A program made the position numbers and the translations under genes. Below, in pieces: positions 27,518 to 42,553 of a stretch of DNA of 64,000 nt. Below the pieces are notes generated by a model. It saw only the letters and a list, made by a program, of their open reading frames with translations. It was not told the DNA's origin and searched no databases. The stretch comes from the human T2T-CHM13v2.0 reference genome, Homo sapiens. Location of the stretch: positions 29,920,001 through 29,984,000 of the forward strand of contig CP086569.2 of NCBI GenBank assembly GCA_009914755.4, read 5' to 3'. The stretch's first letter is position 1. Every line of letters starts with the position of its first letter.

Positions 27518-30500
27518 GGCCTGGAATAAAGTGGAATGCTACGGTCTCGAATGGAATAAAAATGTATGGAATGGAATGCAATGAAACGGAATCGAATGTC
27601 ATAGAATGTAATGGAATGCAAAAAAATGGAATCCAAAATCATTGACTGGAAAGGCTGGGTGTCGAAAGGAATTGACTCCAATGGAATGGAATCGAATGGA
27701 ATGGAAGTGAATAGAATCGAACTAAATCGAATGGAATGGAATTGATAGGAACGGAATGGAAAGGAATGCAATGATTTGGCATGGAATGGAATCTAATGGC
27801 ATCGAATGGAATGGAATAGAATGCAATGGAATGGAATGTATTAGAATGTAATGAACTTTAATGGAATGTACTCGAATGGATTCGACTGGAATGGAATGTT
27901 CTGGAAGTGAATGGACTCCAATGGAATGGATTCAAAAGGAATGGAATCGTACGGAATGGAATCTAATGGAATGGAATTAAATGGAAATGAATCAAATTGA
28001 ATAGCACGGAATTGAATTGAATGGAATCGAATGCAATGGAATCTAATGAAACGGAAAGGAATGGAATGGAATGGAATGGAATGGAATGGGCTGGAATGGA
28101 AAGGAATCGAAACGAATGGAATGGAATCGAACTGAAGAGACTGGAATGGAATGCACTGGAATGGAAGGGAGTGTAATGGAAGGTTCTCGAAAGAAATGGA
28201 ATCGAATGGAATGGAATTGAATGGAACGGAATAGAGTCGAATGGAATTGAATGGAATGGAATGGACTAGAGTGAAATGGAATCGAACCACAAGGAATGGA
28301 CAGGAATAGAATGGTCTCGAATTGAATGGAATCGTATGGAATGGCATCAAACGGAATGGAATGGACAGCCACGGAATGGAATGCACTCGAATGCAATGGA
28401 GTCGAAACTAATGGACTGGAATAGAATGGACTCGACTGGTACGGACTCCAATGGAATGGAATCGAATGGAAGGGAATCGAACGGAATGGACTCGAAGGGA
28501 AAAGACTGCAATGGAAAGGTCTCGAATGGAATGGAAATTAATGGAATGGAATGGAATCGAATGAAATGGAGTCAAAAGGAATGGAATCGAATGGCAAGAA
28601 ATCGAATGTAATGGAATCGCAAGGAATTGATGTGAACGGAACGGAATGGAATGGAATCCAAAGGAATGGAATCGAATGGAATGGAATCGAATGGAAAGGA
28701 CTCGAATGGAAATCACTCGAATAGAATGCAATTTAATAAAATAGGATCAAATGTAATGGAATGGAATGGAAAGGAATCGAAACGAAAGGAATGGAGACAG
28801 ATGGAATGGAATGGAACAGAGAGCAATGGTATAGAATGGAATGGAATCATCTGGAATGGAATTGAATGGAATGGAATAATAGGAAATGGAATGGAATGGA
28901 ATGGAATGCCCTTGAATTAAATGGACTGGAATGGAATGGACTCGAACAGAGTGGAATGGAAAGTGTTGAAATAGAATGGAATGGACACGTTTGGAATGGT
29001 CTAGTATGCAATGCAATCGACTGGCAGGGAATCAAAAGGTATGTAATCGAATGGATTGGACTGGAATGCAATGGACTCGAATAGATTGGAAACGGAATGC
29101 AAAGGAATGGAATGGAATAGTATGGAATGGAATGGAAAGGAATGGAGTGGAATAGACTAGAGTGGAATGGAATGGACTCGAAAGCAATGGACTGGAATGG
29201 AACTTTCTTGAATGGAGTGGAATCAAACGGAATGGAATGCAATGCAATCAAATGTCATGGAATAAAATAGAATGAAAGAGAATCAAATGGAATTGAATCG
29301 AATGGAATCGAATGGATTGGAAAGGAATAGAATGGAATGGAATGGAATTGACTCAAATGGAATGGACTAGCATGGAATGGATTCGAATGGAAGACAAAGG
29401 AATGGAATCTATTGGAATGGACTGTAATGGAATGGAATGGAAGGGATTGGAATGGACTCGAATGGAATGGACTGCAATAGAAAGGATTCGAATGGAATGA
29501 AAAAGAATTGAATGGAATAGAACAGAATGGAATCAAATCGAATGAAATGGAATGGAATAGAAAGGAATGGAATGAAATGGAATGGAAAGGATTCGAATGG
29601 AATGCAATCGAATGGAATGCAATCGAATGGAATGGAATCGAACGGAATGGAATAAAATGGAAGAAAACTGGCAAGAAATGGAATCGAAATGAATGGAGTG
29701 TTATGGAACGGACTCAAAAGGAATTGAATGTAATAGAATGGAGTGGAGTGGACTCGAATATAATGGACTGGAATGGAATGAAATCACATGGAATGGGAAC
29801 GAATGGAATGGAATGGAAAGGAATGGAATCGAATGGAAAGGAATCGAATGGAAGGGAATGAAATTGAATCAACAGGAATGGAAGGGAATAGAATAGACGG
29901 TAATGGAATGGACTCGAATAGAATGGACACGAATGCTCAAATTGAATGGACTCGAATGGAATGGAAACGAAAGGAATGTCATCGAATGGAATTGAATCGA
30001 TTGGAATGAAATCGCATAGAATGGAGTGGAATCAAATGGAATTGAATCGAAAGGAAAGGAAGCGAATGGACTGAAATGAAATGGAATGGAATTGAATGGA
30101 AAGTAATGCAATGGAATAGAATGGAACGAAATTTCACGGAATGGAATCAAACTGAATGGAATCAAATCAATGGAATATAATCAAATGGAATGGAAAGGAA
30201 TTGAATGGAGTAGATTGGATTGGATGGGATTGGAATGAAATGTACTGGAAAGGACTCGAATTTCATGAAACGGAATGGAATGAATTGGAACGGAATGGAA
30301 TCGAATGGAATGGAATGTCATGGAATGGCATCAAATGGAATGGAATCGAATGCAATGGAATGCTATGGAATGGAATGGAATGCATTGGAATGGAATGTCC
30401 TCTAATGGAATGGATTCGAGTGGAATGGAATCGAATATAATGGAGTCGAATGAAATGGAATTGAAAGGAATGGGATCGAATACAGTGGAATATATTGGAA

Positions 30501-31066
30501 TGTAATGTAATGAACTCGAATGTAATTGACTGGAATGGAATGTACATGAATGGAATGTAATCGAATGGAAAGTAATCCAATGGAATAGAATTTAATGCAA
30601 TAAAATCGACTCAAATAGAATAGAATGTAATGGAATGGAGTGCAGTGCAATGGAATGGAATGGAATGGAATGCAATGGAATGGAATGGAATGGAATGGAA
30701 TGGGATGGAATGGTAAGGAATGGATAGTAATGGACTGGATTGAAATGGACTGGAAAGCAATGTACTCAAATTGAAAGGGCTCGAAAGGAATGGAGTCAAA
30801 TGGAATGGTCTGGAATGGAATGAACACGAATGTAATGCAATCCAATAGAATGGAATCGAATGGCATGGAATATAAAGAAATGGAATCGAAGAGAATGGAA
30901 ACAAATGGAATGGAATTGAATGGAATGGAATTGAATGGAATGGGAACGAATGGAGTGAAATTGTATGCAGTAGAAGAGAATAGAATGGAATGCAAGCGAA
31001 AGGAAAGGAATGGATTGGAATGGAATGGAATTCATTGGAATGGTAGGGAATGTAGTGTAATGGATA
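27518..31066 (+). repeat. HOR unit U8, 3549 bp. This is the first I-type unit (aatcaaatcaatggaatataatcaaatgg at ~30150–30190).
   Basis: Landmark distance 27518→31067. ORF 30156.. begins MESNQWNIIKWNG, whereas the Q-type units have ...NQIKWNG. Confidence 0.9.
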
Positions 31067-34000
31067 GGCCTGGAATAAAGTGGAATGCTCCGGTCTCGAA
31101 TGGTAAAAAAATATATGGAATGGAATGCAATGAAACGGAATCGAATGTCATAGAATGTAATGGAATGCAAAAAAATGGAATCCAAAATCATTGACTGGAA
31201 AGGCTGGGTGTCGAAAGGAATTGACTCCAATGGAATGGAATCGAATGGAATGGAAGTGAATAGAATCGAACTAAATCAAATGGAATGGAATTGATAGGAA
31301 CGGAATGGAAAGGAATGCAATGATTTGGCATGGAATGGAATCGAATGACATCGAATGGAATTGAATGGAATGCAATGGAATGGAATGTATTAGAATGTAA
31401 TGAACATTAATGGAATGTACTCGAATGGATTCGACTGGAATGGAATGTTCTGGAAATGAATGGACTCCAATGGAATGGATTCGAAAGGAATGGAATCGAA
31501 CGGAATGGAATCTAATGGAATGGAATTAAATGGAAATGAATCAAATTGAATAGCACAGAATAGAATTGAATGGATTCTAATGCAATGGAATCTAATGAAA
31601 CGGAAAGGAAAGGAATGGAATGGAATGGAATGGGCTGGAATGGAATGGAATCGAAACGAATGGAATGGAATCGAACTGAAGAGACTGGAATGGAATGCAC
31701 TGGAATGGAAGGGAGTGTAATGGAAAGTTCTCGAAAAAAATGGAATCGAATGGAATGGAATTGAATGGAATGGAATAGAGTCGAATGGAATTGAATGGAA
31801 TGGAATGGACTAGAGTGAAATGGAATTGAACCACAAGGAATGGAGAGGAATAGAATGGTCTCGAATTGAATGGAATCGTATGGAATGGCATCAAACGGAA
31901 TGGAATGGACAGCCACGGAATGGAATGAACTCGAATGCAATGGATTAGAAACTAATGGACTGGAATAGAATGGACTCGACTGGTACGGACTCCAATGGAA
32001 TGGAATCGAATGGAAGGGAATCGAACGGAATGGACTCGAAGGGAAAAGACTGCAATGGAAAGGTCTCGAATGGGATGGAAATTAATGGAATGGAATGGAA
32101 TCGAATGAAATGGAGTCAAAAGGAATGGAATGGAATGGCAAGAAATCGAATGTAATGGAATCGCAAGGAATTGATGTGAACGGAAAGGAATGGAATGGAA
32201 TCCAAAGGAATGGAATAGAATGGAATGGAATCGAATGGAAAGGACTCGAATGGAAATCACTCGAATAGAATGCAATTTAATAAAATAGGATCAAATGTAA
32301 TGGAATGGAATGGAAAGGAATCGAAACGAAAGGAATGGAGACAGATGGAATGTAATGGAACAGAGAGCAATGGTATAGAATGGAATGGAATCATCTGGAA
32401 TGGAATTGAATGGAATGGAATAATAGGAAATGGAATGGAATGGAATGGAATGCCCTTGAATTAAATGGACTGGAATGGAATGGACTCGAACAGAGTGGAA
32501 TGGAAAGTGTTGAAATAGAATGGAATGGACTCGTTTGGAATGGTCTAGTATGCAATGCAATCGACTGGCAGGGAATCAAAAGGAATGTAATCGAATGGAT
32601 TGGACTGGAATGCAATGGACTCGAATAGATTGGAAACGGAATGCAAAGGAATGGAATGGAATAGTATGGAATGGAATGGAAAGGAATGGAGTGGAATAGA
32701 CTAGAGTGGAATGGAATGGACTCGAAAGCAATGGACTGGAATGGAACTTTCTTGAATGGAGTGGAATCAAACGGAATGGAATGCAATGCAATCAAATGTC
32801 ATGGAATAAAATAGAATGAAAGAGAATCAAATGGAATTGAATCGAATGGAATCGAATGGATTGGAAAGGAATAGAATGGAATGGAATGGAATTGACTCAA
32901 ATGGAATGGACTAGCATGGAATGGATTCGAATGGAAGACAAAGGAATGGAATCTATTGGAATGGACTGTAATGGAATGGAATGGAAGGGATTGGAATGGA
33001 CTCGAATGGAATGGACTGCAATAGAAAGGATTCGAATGGAATGAAAAAGAATTGAATGGAATAGAACAGAATGGAATCAAATCGAATGAAATGGAATGGA
33101 ATAGAAAGGAATGGAATGAAATGGAATGGAAAGGATTCGAATGGAATGCAATCGAATGGAATGCAATCGAATGGAATGGAATCGAACGGAATGGAATAAA
33201 ATGGAAGAAAACTGGCAAGAAATGGAATCGAAATGAATGGAGTGTTATGGAACGGACTCAAAAGGAATTGAATGTAATAGAATGGAGTGGAGTGGACTCG
33301 AATATAATGGACTGGAATGGAATGAAATCACATGGAATGGGAACGAATGGAATGGAATGGAAAGGAATGGAATCGAATGGAAAGGAATCGAATGGAAGGG
33401 AATGAAATTGAATCAACAGGAATGGAAGGGAATAGAATAGACGGTAATGGAATGGACTCGAATAGAATGGACACGAATGCTCAAATTGAATGGACTCGAG
33501 TGGAATGGAAACGAAACGAATGTCATCGAATGGAATTGAATCGATTGGAATGAAATCGCATAGAATGGAGTGGAATCAAATGGAATTGAATCGAAAGGAA
33601 AGGAAGCGAATGGACTGAAATGAAATGGAATAGAATTGAATGGAAAGTAATGCAATGGAATAGAATGGAACGAAATTTCACGGAATGGATTCAAACTGAA
33701 TGGAATCAAATCAATGGAATATAATCAAATGGAATGGAAAGGAATTGAATGGAGTAGATTGGATTGGATGGGATTGGAATGAAATGTACTGGAAAGGACT
33801 CGAATTTCATGAAACGGAATGGAATGAATTGGAACGGATTGGACTCGAATGGAATGGAATGTCATGGAATGGCATCAAATGGAATGGAATCAAATGGAAT
33901 GGAATCGAATGCAATGGAATGCTATGGAATGGAATGGAATGCATTGGAATGGAATGTCCTCTAATGGAATGGATTCGAGTGGAATGGAATCGAATATAAT

Positions 34001-35507
34001 GGAGTCGAATGAAATGGAATTGAAAGGAATGGGAACGAATACACTGGAATATACTGGAATGTAACGTAATGAACTCGAATGTAATTGACTGGAATGGAAT
34101 GTACATGAATGGAATGTAATCGAATGGAATGTAATCCAATGGAATAGAAACTAATGCAATAAAATCGACTCAAATAGAATAGAATGTAATGGAATGGAGT
34201 GCAGTGCAATGGAATGGAATGGAATGGAATGCAATGGAATGGAATGTAAAGGAATGGAATCGAATGGAAAGGAATCGAATGGAAGGGAATGAAATTGAAT
34301 CAACATGAATGGAAGGGAATAGAATAGACGGTAATGGAATGGACTCGAATAGAATGGACACGAATGCTCAAATTGAATGGACTCGAGTGGAATGGAAACG
34401 AAAGGAATGTCATCGAATGGAATTGAATCGATTGGAATGAAATCGCATAGGATGGAGTGGAATCAAATGGAATTGAATCGAAAGGAAAGGAAGCGAATGG
34501 ACTGAAATGAAATGGAATGGAAAGTAATGCAATAGAATAGAATGGAACGAAATTTCACGGAATGGAATCAAACTGAATGGAATCAAATCAATGGAATATA
34601 ATCAAATGGAATGGAAAGGAATTGAATGGAGTAGATGGGATTGGATGGGATTGGAATGAAATGTACTGGAAAGGACTCGAATTTCATGAAACGGAATGGA
34701 ATGAATTGGAACGGAATGGACTCGAATGGAATGGAATGTCATGGAATGGCATCAAATGGAATGGCATCAAATGGAATGGAATCGAATGCAATGGAATGCT
34801 ATGGAATGGAATGGAATGCATTGGAATGGAATGTCCTCTAATGGAATGGATTCGAGTGGAATGGAATCGAATATAATGGAGTTGAATGAAATGGAATTGA
34901 AAGGAATGGGATCGAATACAATGGAATATACTGGAATGTAACGTAATGAACTCGAATGTAATTGACTGCAATGGAATGTACATGAATGGAATGTAATCGA
35001 ATGGAAAGTAATCCAATGGAATAGAATCTAATGCAATAAAATCGACTCAAATAGAATAGAATGTAATGGAATGGAGTGCAGTGCAATGGAATGGAATGGA
35101 ATGGAATGCAATGGAATGGAATGTAATGGAATGGAATAGAATGGGAAGGAATGGTATGGAATGGATAATAATGGACTGGAGTGAAATGGACTGGAAAGGA
35201 ATGGACTCAAAGTGAAAGGGCTCGAAAAGAATGGAGTCAAATGCAATGGTCTGGAATGGAATGAACACGAATGTAATGCAATCCAATAGAATGGAATCGA
35301 ATGGCATGGAATATAAAGAAATGGAATCGAAGAGAATGGAAACAAATGGAATGGAATTGAATGGAATGGAATTGAATGGAATGGGAACGAATGGAGTGAA
35401 ATTGTATGCAGTAGAAGAGAATAGAATGGAATGCAAGCGAAAGGAAAGGAATGGATTGGAATGGAATGGAATTCATTGGAATGGAAGGGAATGTAGTGTA
35501 ATGGACA
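31067..35507 (+). repeat. HOR unit U9, 4441 bp, I-type. It contains an internal tandem duplication of ~880 bp: copy 1 at ~33367–34246 and copy 2 at ~34247–35126.
   Basis: Landmark distance 31067→35508 is about 890 bp longer than typical. ORF MESNQWNIIKWNG... occurs twice, at 33700 and 34577. At ~34241–34250 the sequence ...gcaatggaatggaatg|taaaggaatggaatcgaatggaaaggaatcg jumps back to the segment seen at ~33361. Both copy ends share the string ggaatgtaa. Confidence 0.85.
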
Positions 35508-38500
35508 GGCCTGGAATAAAGTGGAATGCTACGGTCTCGAATGGAATAAAAATGTATGGAATGGAATGCAATGAAACGGAATCGAATGTCATAGAATGTA
35601 ATGGAATGCAAAAAAATGGACTCCAAAATCATTGACTAGAAAGGCTGGGTGTCGAAAGGAATTGACTCCAATGGAATGGAATCGAATGGAATGGAAGTGA
35701 ATAGAATCGAACTAAATCGAATGGAATGGAATTGATAGGAACGGAATGGAAAGGAATGCAATGATTTGGCATGGAATGGAATCGAATGGCATCGAATGGA
35801 ATGGAATGGAATGCAATGGAATGGAATGTATTAGAATGTAATGAACTTTAATGGAATGTACTCGAATGGATTCGACTGGAATGGAATGTTCTGGAAGTGA
35901 ATGGACTCCAATGGACTGGATTAGGAAGGAATGGAATCGAACGGAATGGAATCTAATGGACTGGAATTAAATGGAAATGAGTCAAATTGAATAGCACGGA
36001 ATTGAATTGAATGGAATCGAGTGCAATGGAATCTAATGAAACGGAAAGGAAAGGAATGGAATGGAATGGAATGGGCTGGAATGGAATGGAATCGAAACGA
36101 ATGGAATGGAATCGAACTGAAGAGACTGGAATGGAATGCACTGGAATGGAAGGGAGTGTAATGGAAGGTTCTCGAAAAAAATGGAATCGAATGGAATGGA
36201 ATTGAATGGAATGGAACAGAGTCGAATGGAATTGAATGGAATGGAATGGACTAGAGTGAAATGGAATCGAACCACAAGGAATGGACAGGAATAGAATGGT
36301 CTCGAATTGAATGGAATCGTACGAAATGGCATCAAACGGTATGGAATGGACAGCCACGGAATGGAATGCACTCGAATGCAATGTAGTCGAATCTAATGGA
36401 CTGGAATAGAATGGACTCGACTGGTACGGACTCCAATGGAATGGAATCGAATGGAAGGGAATCTAACAGAATGGACTCGAAGTGAAAAGACTGCAATGGA
36501 AAGGTCTCGAATGGAATGGAAATTAATGGAATGGAATGGAATCGAATGAAATGGAGTCAAAAGGAATGGAATCGAATGGCAAGAAATCGAATGTAATGGG
36601 ATCGCAAGGAATTGCTGTGAACGTAACGGAATGGAATGGAATCCAAAGGAATGGAATAGAATGGAATGGAATCGAATGGAAAGGACTCGAATGGAAATCA
36701 CTCGAATAGAATGCAATTTAATAAAATAGGATCAAATGTAATGGAATGGAATGGAAAGGAATCGAAACAAAAGGACTGGAGACAGATGGAATGGAATGGA
36801 ACAGAGAGCAATGGTATAGAATGGAATGGAATCATCTGGAATGGAATTGAATGGAATGGAATAATATGAAATGGAATGGAATGGAATGGAATGCCCTTGA
36901 ATTAAATGGACTGGAATGGAATGGACTCGAAGAGAGTGGCATGGAAAGTGTTGAAATAGAATGGAATGAACTCGCTTGGAATGGTATAGTATGCAATTCA
37001 ATCGACTGGCAGGGAATCAAAAGGAATGTAATCGAATGGATTGGACTGGAATGCAATGGACTCGAATAGATTGGAAACGGAATGAAAGGAATGGAATGGA
37101 ATAGTATGGAATGGAATGGAAAGGAATGGAGTGGAATAGACTAGAGTGGAATGGAATGGACTCGAAAGCAATGGACTGGAATGGAACTTTCTTGAATGGA
37201 CTGGAATCAAACGGAATGGAATGCAATGCCATCAGATGTCATGGAATAAAATAGAATGAAAGAGAATCAAATGGAATTGAATCGAATGGAATCGAATGGA
37301 TTGGAAAGGAATAGAATGGAATGGAATGGAATTGACTCAAATGGAATGGACTAGAATGGAATGGATTCGAATGGAAGGCAAAGGAATGGAATCTATTGGA
37401 ATGGACTGTAATGGAATGGAATGGAAGGGATTGGAATGGACTCGAATGGAATGGACTGCAATAGAAAGGATTCGAATGGAATGAAAAAGAATTGAATGGA
37501 ATAGAACAGAATGGAATCAAATCGAATGAAATGGAATGGAATAGAAAGGAATGGAATGAAATGGAATGGAAAGGATTCGAATGGAATGCAATCGAATGGA
37601 ATGCAATCGAAAGGAATGGAATCGAACGGAATGGAATAAAATGGAAGAAAACTGGCAAGAAATGGAATCGAAATGAATGGAGTGTTATGGAACGGACTGA
37701 AAAGGAATTGAATGTAATAGAATGGAGTGGAGTGGACTCGAATATAATGGACTGGAATGGAATGCAATCACATGGAATGGGAACGAATGGAATGGAATGG
37801 AAAGGAATGGAATCGAATGGAAAGGAATCGAATGGAAGGGAATGAAATTGAATCAACAGGAATGGAAGGGAATAGAATAGACGGTAATGGAATGGACTCG
37901 AATAGAATGGACACGAATGCTCAAATTGAATGGACTCGAATGGAATGGAAACGAAAGGAATGTCATCGAATGGAATTGAATCGATTGGAATGAAATCGCA
38001 TAGAATGGAGTGGAATCAAATGGAATTGATTCGAAAGGAAAGGAAGCGAATGGACTGAAATGAAATGGAATGGAATTGAATGGAAAGTAATGCAATGGAA
38101 TAGAATGGAACGAAATTTCACGGAATGGAATCAAACTGAATGGAATCAAATCAATGGAATATAATCAAATGGAATGGAAAGGAATTGAATGGAGTAGATT
38201 GGATTGGATGGGATTGGAATGAAATGTACTGGAAAGGACTCGAATTTCATGAAACGGAATGGAATGAATTGGAACGGAATGGACTCGAATGGAATGGAAT
38301 GTCATGGAATGGCATCAAATGGAATGGAATCGAATGCAATGGAATGCTATGGAATGGAATGGAATGCATTGGAATGGAATGTCCTCTAATGGAATGGATT
38401 CGAGTGGAATGGAATCGAATAAGATGGAGTCGAATGAAATGGAATTGAAAGGAATGGGACTGAATACAATGGAATATACTGGAATGTAATGTAATGAACT

Positions 38501-39029
38501 CGAATGTAATTGACTGGAATGGAATGTACATGAATGGAATGTAATCGAATGGAAAGTAATCCAATGGAATAGAATCTAATGCAATAAAATCGACTCAATA
38601 GAGTAGAATGTAATGGAATGGAGTGCAGTGCAATGGAATGGAATGGAATGGAATGCAATGGAATGGAAAGGAATGGGATGGAATGGATAGTAATGGACAG
38701 GAGTGAAATGGACTGGAAAAGAATGGACTCAAATTGAAAGGGCTCGAAAGGAATGGAGTCAAATGGAATGGTCTGGAATGGAATGAACACGAACGTAATG
38801 CAATCCAATAGAATGGAATCGAAAGGCATGGAATATAAAGAAATGGAATCGAAGAGAATGGAAACAAATGGAATGGAATTGAATGGAATGGAATTGAATG
38901 GAATGGGAACGAATGGAGTGAAATTGTATGCAGTAGAAGAGATTAGAATGGAATGCAAGCGAAAGGAAAGGAATGGATTGGAATGGAATGGAATTCATTG
39001 GACTTGAAGGGAATGTAGTGTAATGGACA
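35508..39029 (+). repeat. HOR unit U10, 3522 bp, I-type.
   Basis: Landmark distance 35508→39030. Confidence 0.9.
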
Positions 39030-42000
39030 GGCCTGGAATAAAGTGGAATGCTACGGTCTCGAATGGAATAAAAATGTATGGAATGGAATGCAATGAAACG
39101 GAATCGAATGTCATAGAATGTAATGGAATGCAAAAAAATGGAATCCAAAATCATTGACTGGAAAGGCTGGGTGTCGAAAGGAATTGACTCCAATGGAATG
39201 GAATCGAATGGAATGGAAGTGAATAGAATCGAACTAAATCGAATGGAATGGAATTGATAGGAATGGAATGGAAAGGAATGCAATGATTTGGCATGGAATG
39301 GAATCGAATGGCATCGAATGGAATGGAATGGAATGCAATGGAATGGAGTGTATTAGAATGTAATGAACTTTAATGGAATGTACTCGAATGGATTCGACTG
39401 GAATGGAATGTTCTGGAAATGAATGGACTCCAATGGAATGGATTCGAAAGGAATGGAATCTAATGGAATGGAATTAAATGGAAATGAATCAAATTGAATA
39501 GAACGGAATTGAATTGAATGGAATCGAATGCAGTGGAATCTAATGAAACGGAAAGGAAAGGAATGGAATGGAATGGAATGGAATGGGCTGGAATGGAATG
39601 GAATCGAAACGAATGGAATGGAATCGAACTGAAGAGACTGGAATGGAATGCACTGGAATGGAAGGGAGTGTAATGGAAGGTTCTCGAAAAAAATGGAATC
39701 GAAAGGAATGGAATTGAATGGAACGGAATAGAGTCGAATGGAATTGAATGGAATGGAATGGACTAGAGTGAAATGGAATCGAACCACAAGGAATGGACAG
39801 GAATAGAATGTTCTCGAATTGAATGGAATCGTATGGAATGGCATCAAACGGAATGGAATGGACAGCCACGGAATGGAATGCACTCGAATGCAATGGAGTC
39901 GAAACTAATGGACTGGAATAGAATGGACTCGACTGGTACGGACTCCAATGGAATGGAATCGAATGGAAGGGAATCGAACGGAATGGACTCGAAGGGAAAA
40001 GACTGCAATGGAAAGGTCTCGAATGGAATGGAAATTAATGGAATGGAATGGAATCGAATGAAATGGAGTCAAAAGGAATGGAATCGAATGGCAAGAAATC
40101 GAATGTAATGGAATCGCAAGGAATTGATGTGAACGGAACGGAAAGGAATGGAATCCAAAGGAATGGAATAGAATGGAATGGAATCGAATGGAAAGGACTC
40201 GAATGGAAATCACTCGAATAGAATGCAATTTAATAAAATAGGATCAAATGTAATGTAATGGAATGGAAAGGAATCGAAACGAAAGGAATGGAGACAGATG
40301 GAATGGAATGGAACAGAGAGCAATGGTATAGAATGGAATGGAATCATCTGGAATGGAATTGAATGGAATGGAATAATATGAAATGGAATGGAATGGAATG
40401 GAATGTCCTTGAATTAAATGGACTGGAATGGAATGGACTCGAACAGAGTGGAATGGAAAGTGTTGAAATAGAATGGAATGGACTCGTTTGGAATGGTCTA
40501 GTATGCAATGCAATCAACTGGCAGGGAATCAAAAGGAATGTAATCGAATGGATTGGACTGGAATGCAATGGACTCGAATAGATTGGAAACGGAAAGCAAA
40601 GGAATGGAATGGAATAGTATGGAATGGAATGGAAAGGAATGGAGTGGAATAGACTAGAGTGGAATGGAATGGACTCGAAAGCAATGGACTGGAATGGAAC
40701 TTTCTTGAATGGACTGGAACCAAACGGAATGGAATGCAATGCAATCAAATGGCATGGAATAAATTAGAATGAAAGAGAATCAAATGGAATTGAATCGAAT
40801 GGAATCGAATGGATTGGAAAGGAATAGAATGGCATGGAGTGGAATTGTCTCAAATGGAATGGACTAGAATGGAATGGATTCGAATGGAAGGCAAAGGAAT
40901 GGAATCTATTGGAATGGACTGTAATGGAATGGAACGGAAGGGATTGAAATGGACTCGAATGGAATGGACTGCAATAAAAAGGATTCGAATGGAATGAAAA
41001 AGAATTGAATGGAATAGAACAGAATGGAATCAAATCGAATGAAATGGAATGGAATAGAAAGGAATGGAATGAAATGGAATGGAAAGGATTCGAATGGAAT
41101 GCAATCGAATGGAATGCAATCGAATGGAATGGAATCGAACGGAATGGAATAAAATGGTAGAAAACTGGCAAGAAATGGAATCGAAATGAATGGAGTGTTA
41201 TGGAACGGACTCAAAAGGAATTGAATGTAGTAGAATGGAGTGGAGTGGACTCGAATATAATGGACTGGAATGGAATGGGAACGAATGGAATGGAATGGAA
41301 AGGAATGGAATCGAATGGAAAGGAATCGAATGGAAGGGAATGAAATTGAATCAACAGGAATGGAAGGGAGTAGAATAGAAGGTAATGGAATGGACTCGAA
41401 TTGAATGGACACGAATGTTCAAATTAAATGGACTCGAATGGAATGGAAACGAAAGGAATGTCATCGAATGGAATTGAATCGAATGGAATGAAATTACATA
41501 GAATGGAGTGGAATCAAATGGAATTGAATCGAAAGGAAAGGAAGAGAATTGACTGAAATGAAATGGAATGGAATTGATTGGAAAGCAATGCAATGGAATA
41601 GAATGGAACGAAATTTCACGGAATGGAATCAAACTGAATGGAATCAAATCAATGGAATCTAATGAAATGGAATGGAAAGGAATTGAAAGGAGTAGATTGG
41701 ATTGGATGGGATTGGAATGAAATGTACTGGAAAGGACTCGAATTTCATGAAACGGAATGGAATGAATTAGAACGGAATGGACTCGAATGGAATGGAATGT
41801 CATGGAATGGCATCAAATGGAATGGCATCAAATGGAATGGAATCGAATGCAATGGAATGCTATGGAATGGAATGGAATGCATTGGAATGGAATGTCCTCT
41901 AATGGAATGGATTCGAGTGGAATGGAATCGAATATAATGGAGTCGAATGAAATGGAATTGAAAATAATGGGACCGAATACAATGGAATATACTGGAATGT

Positions 42001-42553
42001 AATGTAATGAACTCGAATGTAATTGACTGGAATGGAATGTACATGAATGGAATGTAATCGAATGGAAAGTAATCCAATGGAATAGAATCTAATGCAATAA
42101 AATCGACTCAAATAGAGTAGAATGTAATGGAATGGAGTGCAGTGCAATGGAATGGAATGGAATGGAATGCAATGGAATGGAATGGAATGGGATGGAATGG
42201 TATGGAATGGATAGTAATGGACAGGAGTGAAATGGACTGGAAAAGAATGGACTCAAATTGAAAGGGCTCAAAAGGAATGGAGTCAAATGGAATGGTCTGG
42301 AATGGAATGAATACGAATGTAATGCAATCCAATAGAATGGAATCGAATGGTATGGAATATAAAGAAATGGAATCGAAGAGAATGGAAACAAATGGAATGG
42401 AATTGAATGGAATGGAATTGAATGGAATGGGAACGAATGGAGTGAAATTGTATGCAGTAGAAGAGAATAGAATGGAATGCAAGCGAAAGGAAAGGAATGG
42501 ATTGGAATGGAATGGAATTCATTCGAATGGAAGGGAATGTAGTGTAATGGACA
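39030..42553 (+). repeat. HOR unit U11, 3524 bp. It carries a private variant of the marker (aatctaatgaaatgg at ~41650).
   Basis: Landmark distance 39030→42554. ORF 41638.. begins MESNQWNLMKWNG. Confidence 0.9.

Noticed and set aside
33360-35130. A possible inserted foreign element (e.g. a transposon) explaining the 4.4-kb unit.
   Set aside because: The extra ~880 bp is colinear with, and nearly identical to, the immediately preceding segment of the same unit, so it is an internal tandem duplication. There are no target-site duplications, terminal repeats or non-satellite sequence.
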